A stretch of DNA of 62,396 nucleotides, counting the filler, from Rhabdomonas costata (lineage: Eukaryota): the NCBI GenBank assembly GCA_019059605.1. It is 35 parts of 35 records of this genome, joined end to end, with 100 filler letters (N's around TTAATTAATTAA, not from the genome) between each part and the next. Parts side by side here need not be neighbours in the genome. Positions count along the whole stretch, not along the records: positions 51,772 to 53,456 come from JAHMHO010010690.1; positions 53,557 to 55,241 come from JAHMHO010010691.1; positions 55,342 to 57,041 come from JAHMHO010010692.1; positions 57,142 to 58,826 come from JAHMHO010010693.1; positions 58,927 to 60,611 come from JAHMHO010010694.1; positions 60,712 to 62,396 come from JAHMHO010010695.1; 29 more parts are not named here. One strand, 5' to 3'. Both the position numbers and the translations under genes were made by a program. Shown here one piece after another: positions 51,672 to 62,396 of the stretch. The notes under the pieces were generated by a model. The model ran no database searches and had not been told where the DNA came from. It was given only the letters and a program-made list of their open reading frames with translations. Positions within the stretch are counted from its first letter, which is position 1. Each line of letters starts with the position of its first letter.

Positions 51672-53630
51672 NNNNNNNNNNNNNNNNNNNNNNNNNNNNN
51701 NNNNNNNNNNNNNNNTTAATTAATTAANNNNNNNNNNNNNNNNNNNNNNNNNNNNNNNNNNNNNNNNNNNNGTGGGGTGGTGGGAACGGTGCTGTGGGAT
51801 ACCGGCTCACCGCAGAGCGTTCCACATACACATGCGGGAACCTCCCGTCTTCCCAGGCCCTTATCGTGCAGCTCGGGTCTCTGAGGACTCCGTGCTCCTT
51901 TTTCGCTGGGGGTAAGTATTTCTGTGTTGAGCATGAGGCTCATGCAGGGCTGTTTGCTCGGTCCGCCACCTTTTGCGCGGAATTTGCGATATCGGCGTGT
52001 GCTGGTTGGAGAGGTGCTCCTCCCTCCATGGCCTAAACGGCCTTACGAACCTTTCCCAAGCAGAGATAGCCGGTGTGGAGACGTTCACCCTTCTGCATTT
52101 CTGCCACTCCTGGGCTCGCCCCCAGGATCTGGCCACTTGGACTTTGGATGGAGGTGAAGTGAGTTGTAGCCCTATTGTCAATAATCGCCCGGTCATGATG
52201 ACCAGGACGCCTTCCCCCATCGGCAACGCACCTGATTTCACAGAAAATATCCCAATGTGGTGGGATGCATGAAGCGTGGCGCTTGACCCCTGCAGCGGCA
52301 ATACAAGTCTTACAGCCCTGCTGCGCACAATGTCAGTCCGTGGGGGTTGGTACCTTGAACCCTCCCCATCCCCATCACTTAAAATCCTTACTTTACAACT
52401 GAAAAGCAACCCCCTGCTATACTCACACGTTCTCAAAGCCTCTCTCACGCCAACAGAGCCTCTCCTCCAAACGCAGTGTTTGGGATTGCAACTCCGTTGA
52501 TTTCAAACGGTATTATCGCTACGAGATGATATGGACCGTGCCAGGCTCAGAAGTCGACCACACCACACGCCATACAAGTCCGTTTTACGCAGCTAACGGA
52601 ATTTAGTGTTTTCTTTTTACTTAGAACAGAGAGATGATCACAGAATGAATTCCAGGAGTGAATGGAAACATGGAAACAGAAAGGTTCCCCAAAAGGCCTG
52701 CTTTCAGTTCCAAAGAAAGAACTTGACGGCGTGAAGCCAGTTGGGGGGTGGGGTGGAGCGGTGTTGATCACCATCAGCAGTTACCGTCATGATCAGCAGT
52801 GGTCACCAGGCATCGTTACCATTGATAATCATGGCTCATTGCTTTCACATAAAAACTGAAACGTAAAACTCGGACAGTTACAATACAGGACAGGTTTCTC
52901 ATACAGCCCCGTCGAAAAGGTCTCATTTTGATACAGGCTCTCGTTTGCAAAGGTAAAAATGAGCAACTGTTTCCCTTTGCTGCGACAAAGAATCAGTAAT
53001 AGCAAATGTGACGTGGTACGTATCTCCCATTCCAAACACTTGAAAACTTGAACACCTGAATCTCCCAAACCCACATCCGGAAGGTCGATACACTACGTTC
53101 TGAGAAATCGAATCATGGAGACAGCAGACCGGCCGGCTTTAGCAACTCCCTTGTGTATGCGTCATGCCGTGCAGCCACACATACCGCCGGGGTGGCTGCG
53201 TTTCCGAGGACATTCCCTCAACATGCATAATGCGTCGCGCTTTGATGCCGCTGGCTCGTGAAACAACACACTGTCACACAGAACCCCTCCTCCCCTTGGA
53301 CGGTGCGGGGAAGAACCCTCAACACTCACAGCAAAGCCGGTAGAAAGAGTGAGAGGGGAGGGAGGCGGGCGGGCGGAGACCAACCTTCCGAGCATTCAAA
53401 CACCTCACGCGCCGCGGCGGCTGGGGCAAAGATCGGGAGGTTGGTCAACCCCACCCNNNNNNNNNNNNNNNNNNNNNNNNNNNNNNNNNNNNNNNNNNNN
53501 TTAATTAATTAANNNNNNNNNNNNNNNNNNNNNNNNNNNNNNNNNNNNNNNNNNNNAGCATCACGTCTGCAGCGTGTATCATTAGGGTAATTTGGTTACC
53601 CTGTGACCTCTCAACTGTGGTGGTGGTTGT

Positions 53631-53668
53631 ATAGCTGGATTTCAACTAGCTGGATTTCCACTAGCTGT
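53631..53668 (+). repeat. 15-bp tandem repeat, ~2.5 copies
   Basis: tagctggatttcaac tagctggatttccac tagctg. Confidence 0.75.
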
Positions 53669-55943
53669 GATGTTGACACTCGCTCAATCCTCAGTCCACT
53701 TCACCATTTGAGTGGTGATGACTTTGGTGGTGGATGTGGCAACATGAGCACTTGCATATGTGGTGGTGTCAAACGTAGCTGCCTTGTAGCTGTTGTTGTG
53801 TTGCTAGTACACGCTAATGGTTTGCAGACATTACCTTTGCAGCATCACGTAAAGAGAGTTGGCCCATCGTTTGGAGTATTGTATCGTACAAGTTGAGTGT
53901 GTTCTAACGCTTACAGTGATGTGGTGGTTGCGGTTTCAACAACCACTACTGCGGTTGAAACACACACTACCTGCACCGATGTGACCTGTAGCTAAAATGC
54001 TGAGCGTCACTCCTACTAGTGGTAGTGGTCGACCGTTAACTACTGTGGTAGTTTGAGTGTGTGAGAGTACAGTAGTGTGTCTCGCAGTAATGTCACTGGT
54101 TAGCACAAGATGCAACGCCATGTACACACAATATTGTTGTTCTGTCATGGTAAATCATGTTTGTAGGTTGTTTAGTAGCATTGTGGTAAGTGATCACGAC
54201 TTCCCATATGATTACACAACAAATACAGTCACTCATGATGTGATGTGCAGACTAAACTGGTTTTCCGTTTATAAGCTGTTGCGTTCCACATTTTAGCTCA
54301 CAGTGTCGTCATTGACATCATCACCATAACTCATGATGGTGTAGACATAGCCACGTTGTGTAGTTGCCATCCAGCTCACCTCCATTTTCACAATAGGTGT
54401 CAGTGATTAGGATTTGAGTTGTAAGAGTCACAGATCTTTTTTTACTTTTTTGCGCCGCAAATCGCCCCAAAGCATGAATGAATGGGGAAAAAAGCCACAA
54501 CGCACTTCACAACAAACCGGCTGCCCCAAAATCCAAAATAAAAAAATTGCTGTGTCAATGGATCACTGTCTCAGTTTCAGAGCTGATAGCGTCGAAGCCC
54601 CTCCGCTTTCATACTAACGCTTGCTGATTCAATACCGCTGGAGTTAATAAATGTGGCTTTGTCAGTCGAATGTGTCTTTTAAAAACTTACTTCCAACACG
54701 TTGTTACTTTGTACAGGAAAATATATAAAAAACCACACTAGAATAGTGCAAATTACGATTTTGGTCTATGCTTGCACAGAGCCCATTTACGTATAGGATA
54801 TCTAACTCAAGAATCCCAAGACCAGGCAAGTAGTTTTGCTTCAAATAGAGCACTCAATACCTGCAATTTCACAGATATTATTTCTGCTGCGCAATAGTGT
54901 GTCATATCGTTGTATTTTGTGCGATGATAATTTTCAAAACCAATGCCTGTTAATGTTCAAAAAATGCTGAATACGATTCCTTGCTATGTGTTAAATAAAC
55001 TACGTGCCTTAACTAGTTTTATACAAATGCGATGTTCTTTGTGCATTGCCTGTCATGTGTGCTTTTATTTTGTTTGCATTGTTTGCACTTATAGGAGATA
55101 AAAGTGACACCAATTTTCTGAGATATATCCGCATATGGGAAAAGATGCTCTCATTTTACAACAGCGCGTATTATTTTCCAGAAACAACTTGACTTAGAGA
55201 ATGTTAACCACAGTAGTTGCCACACTAGATAACAATATCAANNNNNNNNNNNNNNNNNNNNNNNNNNNNNNNNNNNNNNNNNNNNTTAATTAATTAANNN
55301 NNNNNNNNNNNNNNNNNNNNNNNNNNNNNNNNNNNNNNNNNTGTGGTGGTGGTCCACTCCGCGAAAGGATGTTTGACTTCTCAGTGCTGTTCTACTGCTG
55401 TGGCGTGACTTGCAGGACACCGCCGTCTTTGCGCCACAAGTCGAGACTTTTCTTTTGTGAGTTTGTGACAGTTTTTTTTAGAAGGAGCTTGGCGTATAAT
55501 TAAGGAGATTCTTTTTTAGCGCCATGCTGTGTGCTGTGTGGTTTCTCACTGCCTGTTTAGAGCATTGCGTTTTATGTCACCGCAGGACTGCGTGCCGTGT
55601 ACCTCTGACGGTGGCCAGTGAGTTGACCGAAGCGCGGTGGGCTTCAGCGTGCGGCGTGGAGTAGCGGATGGGCGCAGCTCGTGATTACGTTTGGAGTGCC
55701 GTGGGTGGACATACGGCACGCTGTTAGAGGCCTTCCCATGAGCGAACCCTTTGCCGTACCCTGGCACTTGGATTGAGAGGTTGCATTAAAATCCCCCTCT
55801 GCGGTGGCGGCCTGTACTTTCCCGTGGGTGGAAGCACACAAAAAGGCGCGAAAAAGAAACGGGCATGTTGCACCCAGGTGGGACTCCTTGCGGAGTCCCG
55901 AAAGGGTGGAGTTTCAAAGATGGGTTTGGTTTTCAGCATTTTA

Positions 55944-56111
55944 ATTACAATCTTAGTGGAGACTGAGTGGGCTCCCTGGATTCGAATCCCACCTTAGCGA
56001 TTTGTGGGACGAGGCGATATGGGGAGTGTCGGAGTTGAACCCGCGACTCTTGGCACGGGTGCCACGTACTTACCCCCCCCCCCCCGGGTACCCCCTTATT
56101 ACAATCTTAGT
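55944..56111 (-). mobile_element. tRNA-derived SINE-like element (140 bp) with 14-bp target-site duplication
   Basis: ATTACAATCTTAGT at 55944-55957 and 56098-56111. The minus strand reads GGGGGTA...GGTAAGTACG-TGGCAC-CC-GTGCCA-AGAGTC-GCGGGTTCAACTCC-GACACTCCCCA (tRNA-like, B-box GGTTCAACTCC), plus a second B-box-like GGATTCGAATCC. Confidence 0.7.
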
Positions 56112-56334
56112 ATCAACATTTGTCCACTTGGGGTCTTGGGTATTTTGGGGTTGGAGTATCAAGGAGACAATTTGTCACTTTTTTGGTGATCTTATTTGCG
56201 GAGTCCTGCTGCTGCCAGACTTTTCGACAGTGAAGACGCATACGTAACTCAGGAAGGACAGATTTGTCCATTTGAGCATAAGTTTCCAGGTGTGCCCCAC
56301 TCGTACATCTGGCCAGCGACCATTGGTTTGATTT

Positions 56335-56370
<36 letters not shown>

Positions 56371-57884
56371 AATTTTTAAGAGCCGACAAACGTCCAAAAG
56401 CTCCTGGACATCCGGTACTATGGAGCGTTGGGTTGCGTGAAGCAGGGGAGAGAGGGTTCTCGAAAGGTTCAAAAACCCTCCCGCACTGTATAAAAGCCCT
56501 CAACTTCGCCCGCTGCTGTACGGAAGCCCGCACCAGCTCGACCTCTTGTTGCCCTACGGCATGCATGTTTGCCTCAAGCCAGGCCATAACTTGCAATCTC
56601 GGAAGCAGCATCGGGCAAAAAAGGCTTTGCCGAATGTTGCAGACTTTGCCAATGATGGGTTTTACGGTGGATTCGCCGGATCCGTGGGAATGTGCAACGT
56701 TGCCTGTTACCCTCGAAGTCTTCGATCAAAAATATGGGGGGCGGGTCTCCATTTGTAGATTTGAGTCATGAAGGAATTGACACTATCCCCCGCTTCTGAG
56801 ATGTTGGCCACACCGGCCGCTATTTTCTCAGATAGGAGACAAACCCAAATCTTGAATTGTTTACTGGCACACCAACCTGCAGGTAGGTGGGCGGTATGCC
56901 AGCCTTCGGTTCTTTCCCTCATAAAAAAATCAAGCCGGAAAGCTCGAACCTGCCCGCTTATTCCGGTGACAGCAGGAATTGCTGCTTTGGATTTCACTCA
57001 GTATTTTGCCCAGAGAACCGAAGTAAGTCCCCCCCCCCACANNNNNNNNNNNNNNNNNNNNNNNNNNNNNNNNNNNNNNNNNNNNTTAATTAATTAANNN
57101 NNNNNNNNNNNNNNNNNNNNNNNNNNNNNNNNNNNNNNNNNGGTTTGTGGGAACATTGTGACGGTTGCAATTTCCAACGAGGTTGTCTTGCTTCTTCTCT
57201 ACAGGACATCGACGACTTGGAGCTGCAGCCCTAAGGTCGCCGTGTTCTGGTGTTGGTGTGAATGGAATTGGCTTCTGTAGTTGTGTAATTGGACTGTTCA
57301 GTTTCTGAGCCTAGTGTGTGACGAAGGCCTTATGTGTTGGCCTCACAGCCTTTTTTCCTCCACAGTGTAGTATATTGCTTTGTTTTTTTTTTTTTTGTGA
57401 AAACTATGGTGTCTCTCCCCCTTCCCTGTGCACAGTGTTTTGCCGCACTCTGGCTCCGGTTTGCACGATTTGCTTTGAAAACATATGATGGATAATTCGC
57501 AGAGATGGGATCAATGGAGAGGAAGTTTCTCGTGTTATCAAGGATTAGATGACCCAGCGAATTCGATAAATGTCAAGTTCTTTTTTATCCTTTTTTTTTG
57601 ATCTTATCTTGAGATTGGTTGCTGTCCAACTGGCTGGAATGCGTTCCCACAGCTCCCAGCGTTCTGTTGTATTGGTGTGCGCGCCACTTCCTCGGGCCGC
57701 TCACAGGCCAATATAGCCCGACTTGCTGCCGTGTTGTGGTTGATTGTAGTTTCTGACAATTCACCGCTTCTTTCTTCTCGCCCACTTCCAGCCAATGTAT
57801 TTTGCCTGACGGAATTTCTACCCTCACTTCTACCCCCTCTAATCCCATCAAACTTTCACTTTTCTTGTACGGCCATTGCGAAGG

Positions 57885-58826
57885 ATGCCTGGAGTGAATG
57901 TGCCGTGTGGTTGCGCGGGGGTTTTGGTGGTGGTGCTTTTGGCCGTGCTGTGGGTTCAGCTGTCATGGTGGAGTGTTGACCGGCAAGGTCTGGTTCGCAG
58001 CGCCCTCTTCCTGTCGGATGTATGCTACTATGCTACTCCTCTTGCACTGCCCGGGGAAAAGAAAGGGCTGCGGAGGAAGCGTCAAAACGATACTGCGGTG
58101 GTAGAAAAGCGCACGCCACAAAGAAGGCAAGGTGAAGGGAGACGAAGCAGAAAGAAAGGGATAGTGACGTGCAGGGAACTTGCTCTGGAAATCACGAGAA
58201 AGACGAAACATCTTGCGGGAAAATGGGAGTGGCGCATACTATCTTGTTCGCGATTATTCTCCCATATGAAAGAGCTTTTGTGTGGTGTGCCTAGTTTTGA
58301 GGGACGGGCGTAACAGGCTCTCTCCCCTTGCCTCGTGGTGCAGATGTGGCTGCCCGTGAATCGCCTCAGGGCCACGTCGTGGTGGTTGGCGGTGGACTTG
58401 CTGGGCTGCTGGCAGCGTATGCTTCTTTCTCCGATGTCTTCTTCGAACAAATATCCGAGTACCGGGTAATAACGTGCCTTTACACCACACAGCCCTGCGG
58501 TGCGGACTCATACATTCACTTTCGGAGCGCCTGTACATTTCTCCCCAGGAGCATCAGCGCACAGTGCATGCCTTCAACCAAAGCGGCGACCCAAATTCAT
58601 TCTTAGGCTGGTGAGTTCATGATGATTTCCGAGCCTTCAAAACGACCCCTCCCTCCCTCCCTCCCCATGATTTACTCGAGAAATACATCTTGAGAAAATT
58701 ATCACCCTCCAGGTACTCCGCGCTGCAGGACGGTGGCGTTGCCCATGTAACACTTGTCGAGAAGATGCCTCGAATTGGCGGAAACTCGATGAAGGCCAGT
58801 TCTGGCCTCAGCGCCGCACCCACAAC
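57885..58826 (+). CDS. Flavocytochrome-c/Osm1-Frd1-type soluble fumarate reductase, N-terminal 3 exons (57885-57987, 58344-58416, 58713-58826)
   Basis: Spliced MPGVNVPCGCAGVLVVVLLAVLWVQLSWW...HVVVVGGGLAGLLAA|YSALQDGGVAHVTLVEKMPRIGGNSMKASSGLSAA has the FAD-binding GxGxxG and the family motif GGNSxKASSG. Both introns are GT-AG and phase-compatible. Confidence 0.88.
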
Positions 58827-59245
58827 NNNNNNNNNNNNNNNNNNNNNNNNNNNNNNNNNNNNNNNNNNNNTTAATTAATTAANNNNNNNNNNNNNNNNNN
58901 NNNNNNNNNNNNNNNNNNNNNNNNNNCAGCTCTTGCATGGGTCGACGTTGGAACATTCCCGAAAATTCGTGTTTTTTTGGTTCGCAAAAATTTGTACGAA
59001 AAAACTTGTTAAAATTCGTATTCGCAAGTCAGTGGGGATCACTGGTTGAAGTATGTGAAATCGTCTTCGCTCTTTCATTGGAACCGGAATACATACACCA
59101 TGAGGGTGTGATGGTGGTTTGGTGGTGGTGTGGTGATGGTGGTGTGGTGGTGGTCTTTTCCGTACTAAGCCATCAAAGGAACAAAGGGCTCTCTCTTTCT
59201 CTTGAATTAAAAGAAAAGTTCTGACCAAACGCAGAGGAACAGGAC

Positions 59246-60108
59246 CTTCCCCGGGCCAGCTGCCGAAGGATCGCTCTTGGGCTGTCTCAGCGGGGCTTGC
59301 TCATAGACCGAGCCCCCAAAGAGCGCCAGCAGCAGGTAGGCCAGTCCCAAGTAGTTCGCGTGCTTGTCCCACATCAGCGTATTCCCGACGATGGGAATCA
59401 GTTTGCACATCACCCCCACTGCACAGGCGAGATAATAAAGCGACCCAACGCACCAGGCACCTGCCTAAAATCAAAGGCTCCAGGGAGACTGGACTCCGTT
59501 CACTGCTGCATCGGCGATGGGAGATGGCGGCCGCATATGCTGAAACGAGCGCTCGGCAGGGTGCCGACCAAGCAGCGTCGAACGCATGAGATGAAAAGCG
59601 CGACTGGCAGAGGCTGTGGTTCTATATCCAGCGCCCACAGTGGGCGAACCCAGGGAACCCCAGTTTTTTAGTTGTTTAATGTTTTCGGAAGGATGTTATT
59701 CCATGGCACCCCTCAAAGTGGACAGTGGCGCCGCTGGAGGGAGGTTGCTCATCGATGCCCAGCCACAGCAGAGCTCAGGGGTACGTGGGATAGTTTACTG
59801 AACCTCCTTTACCCCTTGCGCAGTGTGATTTTTTTGTCTTTGAGCGAAGAAATATTCAACGCGTCTCAAAGAACGCCAGCCGAAGCATAGACAAAGGTAC
59901 CGATGGTGAAACCCGTGGCAGAGAGCACAGTGCGGCAGTGCCAGCCTGTCCACGAGATCGCCACCCCGACAATGGACGACAGCGCAAGGAAGAACCACGC
60001 CTGCCTCGAGAGGGTCATCGAAGGGAGGCGTTCCAGCTCCCCACTTCCAACCACCATTGCGATCATGATGGGTATACTCAGCAGGTTGGTGTAGTAGACA
60101 TGCCCCGT
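59246..60108 (-). CDS. GONST3/4-like GDP-sugar transporter, C-terminal exons (60108-59901, 59418-~59246)
   Basis: VYYTNLLSIP...SSIVGVAISWTGWHCRTVLSATGFTI|VGVMCKLIPIVGNTLMWDKHA...GGSVYEQ. May be the same gene as 41564-42468 or a paralogue. Confidence 0.88.
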
Positions 60109-60764
60109 CTGCGCAGAACAAAAACGCAATGCCCAGAAAGATGGCGCGTCTGTGAAGGGAGGTAAGGTCAAAGCCCTGACGACCCACGCATTTCGAGCGT
60201 AGCGACGAGACGTCAGTCGAAGAAGCGTAGCGAGTGACAGCCCCCGGCAGGGAAGCATCATCCCTTACATCAGCATCTTGGTAGGGTATCGGCCCTAAGA
60301 CCTTCTCTAAGGCTCCTGATTCGATCGAGCTCCTATCAGCACACTAGCAGAGTGGCAAGCTCGTGTCAACTGGTTTGACTATCGGCGGATCGGCCACTGC
60401 GAGAGAGGTGAGGGTTGAACGGCCCAACTGAAAACATCGCGTGCAGCAAAACAGTATTGCAGTTTGACTTTAGTTTGACTTTGCGTTGGCAACTCACCTC
60501 GCGCTGCTCAGCTCCGTGATGAGTGCTTCTGCTGCGCTTCTGTATGTGTTATGTGTTTTGTGGGCAGAGTGTCACTTCAAACCATTGTCAGCGTGCAGGG
60601 TGTTCTGCTGANNNNNNNNNNNNNNNNNNNNNNNNNNNNNNNNNNNNNNNNNNNNTTAATTAATTAANNNNNNNNNNNNNNNNNNNNNNNNNNNNNNNNN
60701 NNNNNNNNNNNTGTTGTGGGTCCTTCTGGGTGCGTCACGAAAAAACTCAGTTTGCTCAGAGCAG

Positions 60765-60830
60765 CTGTGCATCCCGAAGCTCACAGTCCTGAGAAAGCTC
60801 AAAAAAATTTTCCTGTTCACCAACAACCTA
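60765..60830 (+). CDS. Possible small leucine-rich-repeat exon
   Basis: cag|LCIPKLTVLRKLKKIFLFTNNL|gtgcca fits LxxLxLxxNxL. Confidence 0.3.
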
Positions 60831-62396
60831 GTGCCATCCCGCCATTCTGCCGCCATCTGGGCAGTAGAACTCAACTGGCCCTCCATGGCTCTTGCTCAAA
60901 AATGTGGCGGGTGCGGTACATAGGAACCTCTTCATGTTGTGAGAGGGTCGGAAGTTGCCAGCGCGTGTCCGGTGGTGTTTGCCTTCCTGCCACAACTGAG
61001 CCAGGCGCCCTGGAGAAGGTTGACGGCACAAAGCCAACCCCGGGGTGACGCAGCACCTTGCCTCTTCCTCTTTCCCTCCTTTGCAGGAGTGACAGTCCAT
61101 TTCATTGGGTTCAAGATTTTCCACTTATGGGAAAGTCTTGTTACTTCCATTTTTTTCTTCGTTTGATGTTTGAAGTGATCCTATTCTGGGGTTGCTTGCA
61201 CGCACCTTCGTTGACGTGTGCACCAAAGTTTATTTCACGACACGAAGACTCTCTACACACAGAAGGAGTATTTTAGCTCACAGTTTGGGTGAAATGAAAG
61301 TGCATAATTTACAGTTGAAGGGCTGAGACTGAAAGCCTGGCAAGATACATGGGAAATTTAGTGTTCACTGATAGCGGAAACAGCACAGTGCACCTGGGCA
61401 CACGTGGACACAAGCCCACCTGGGACGGAGCGGCACGTGTACGCAGTGGTCTCAGTTTTCCTCACAAACATCCGGCACGGTATATTCCTGTGTTCGACCG
61501 AACTCGAGCTGTGAAACGACAGGGCACATAACAAGGTTGGCCACAACCTGGGCAAGTCATTTTTACGGCAGCTATGCTCTTGGAATGTCTTTTTGGTCGC
61601 AGTGGTCTACTTCTCCGCTTTTGCGATTATTTTGACTCGCGTTTGAATTGCCGTTCATTACTTTGCTGTTTCTATTGTTTTTTTTCTGCAGCTGATCGAC
61701 CTGTTCACGCCCTGCGGTCCGATATCGTACGTTAGGGTGATCGACCAGGCCACTCACTGCTTCTCCTTTGTTGAGTTCATGGTTTGCTGCCCCCGGGCTT
61801 GCTTTTTTTCTCTCCTCGGCGTGTGGCGTGTTTGTTGCTGTGTGCAGATCTCTTCTTCTCAGCTGTGCAGATGGAAACTAGAACAAAAAACTCACAGGCC
61901 TGCTTCAGCTTTCATCGCACAAACATACACAAACGCGAACAAGCAGACACAACTGTTCGCGTCAAAGAAGAAAGCCCTCAAAAACAAGCTTGTAAAACGT
62001 ACAAGCTGTACCAGTCACCCTGAACGAACTGCTTCCTTTTTCCGCATTTCTTGTGTTAATTGTACCGACTGCTTCAATTTGGCAAAAGCGTTTCGGTGAG
62101 TTCAGAGACTTCTCCAAGTCTGGGCTGGACATGTGCTTGCTGCAGTAATTTTGCTTCTCGTCTACAGGGTAAAGATAAGATAAGACACTCCACTCATCGT
62201 TTTTTTTAATCCTTTTTCGGCAATTATCTTTATCTCTGCTGTATTTTATCTAGTGCACTCGTTGATCTTGTGTTGCATAGCTGCATGTTGTGCTCGACGA
62301 AGTTCAGAGGTGCGCTCTTGCCTTATTGGGTGACCTTTGTGTGATTGCATGTGGTTATGTCACGGGCTCAGGATGCAGCTATGCAACACAACACAA

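Noticed and set aside
1688-60711. Regularly spaced TTAATTAATTAA repeat, superficially array-like
   Set aside because: It is an N-padded concatenation linker, not biological. ORFs ending in X/LIN are artefacts of it.

Overview
This window is not one locus. It is 35 unrelated ~1.69-kb contigs joined by artificial 100-bp spacers (N44-TTAATTAATTAA-N44), so adjacency across spacers means nothing. Contig ends carry G/T-only (5') and A/C-only (3') tracts typical of degenerate-primer whole-genome amplification, so fold-backs and chimeras are expected. The DNA is the intron-rich nuclear genome of a flagellated protist. Spliced fragments could be reconstructed by hand: axonemal dynein heavy chain, CK2 beta, Sec24, ATAD5/Elg1, a dual-specificity phosphatase, a GT17 glycosyltransferase, GONST-type nucleotide-sugar transporters, an enoyl-CoA hydratase, and ankyrin and EGF proteins. 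Splice donors are very degenerate and include GC donors; this is euglenozoan-like, but the taxon is only an inference. The most interesting items are: (1) an intron-containing [FeFe]-hydrogenase-type Fe-S relay with an N-terminal extension, plus a flavocytochrome-c-type fumarate reductase, together suggesting anaerobic metabolism; (2) an intronless, bacterial-type DUF6625 putative glycosyltransferase with a signal anchor; (3) a tRNA-derived SINE with a 14-bp TSD and a MITE-like insert with an 11-bp TSD, both at ATCTTAG sites; (4) a non-coding, strand-biased contig with replicon/phage-like motifs that recur upstream of a host exon; (5) an in-frame transporter/methyltransferase junction that is probably an amplification chimera. 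No CRISPR array, rRNA or intact tRNA gene was found.
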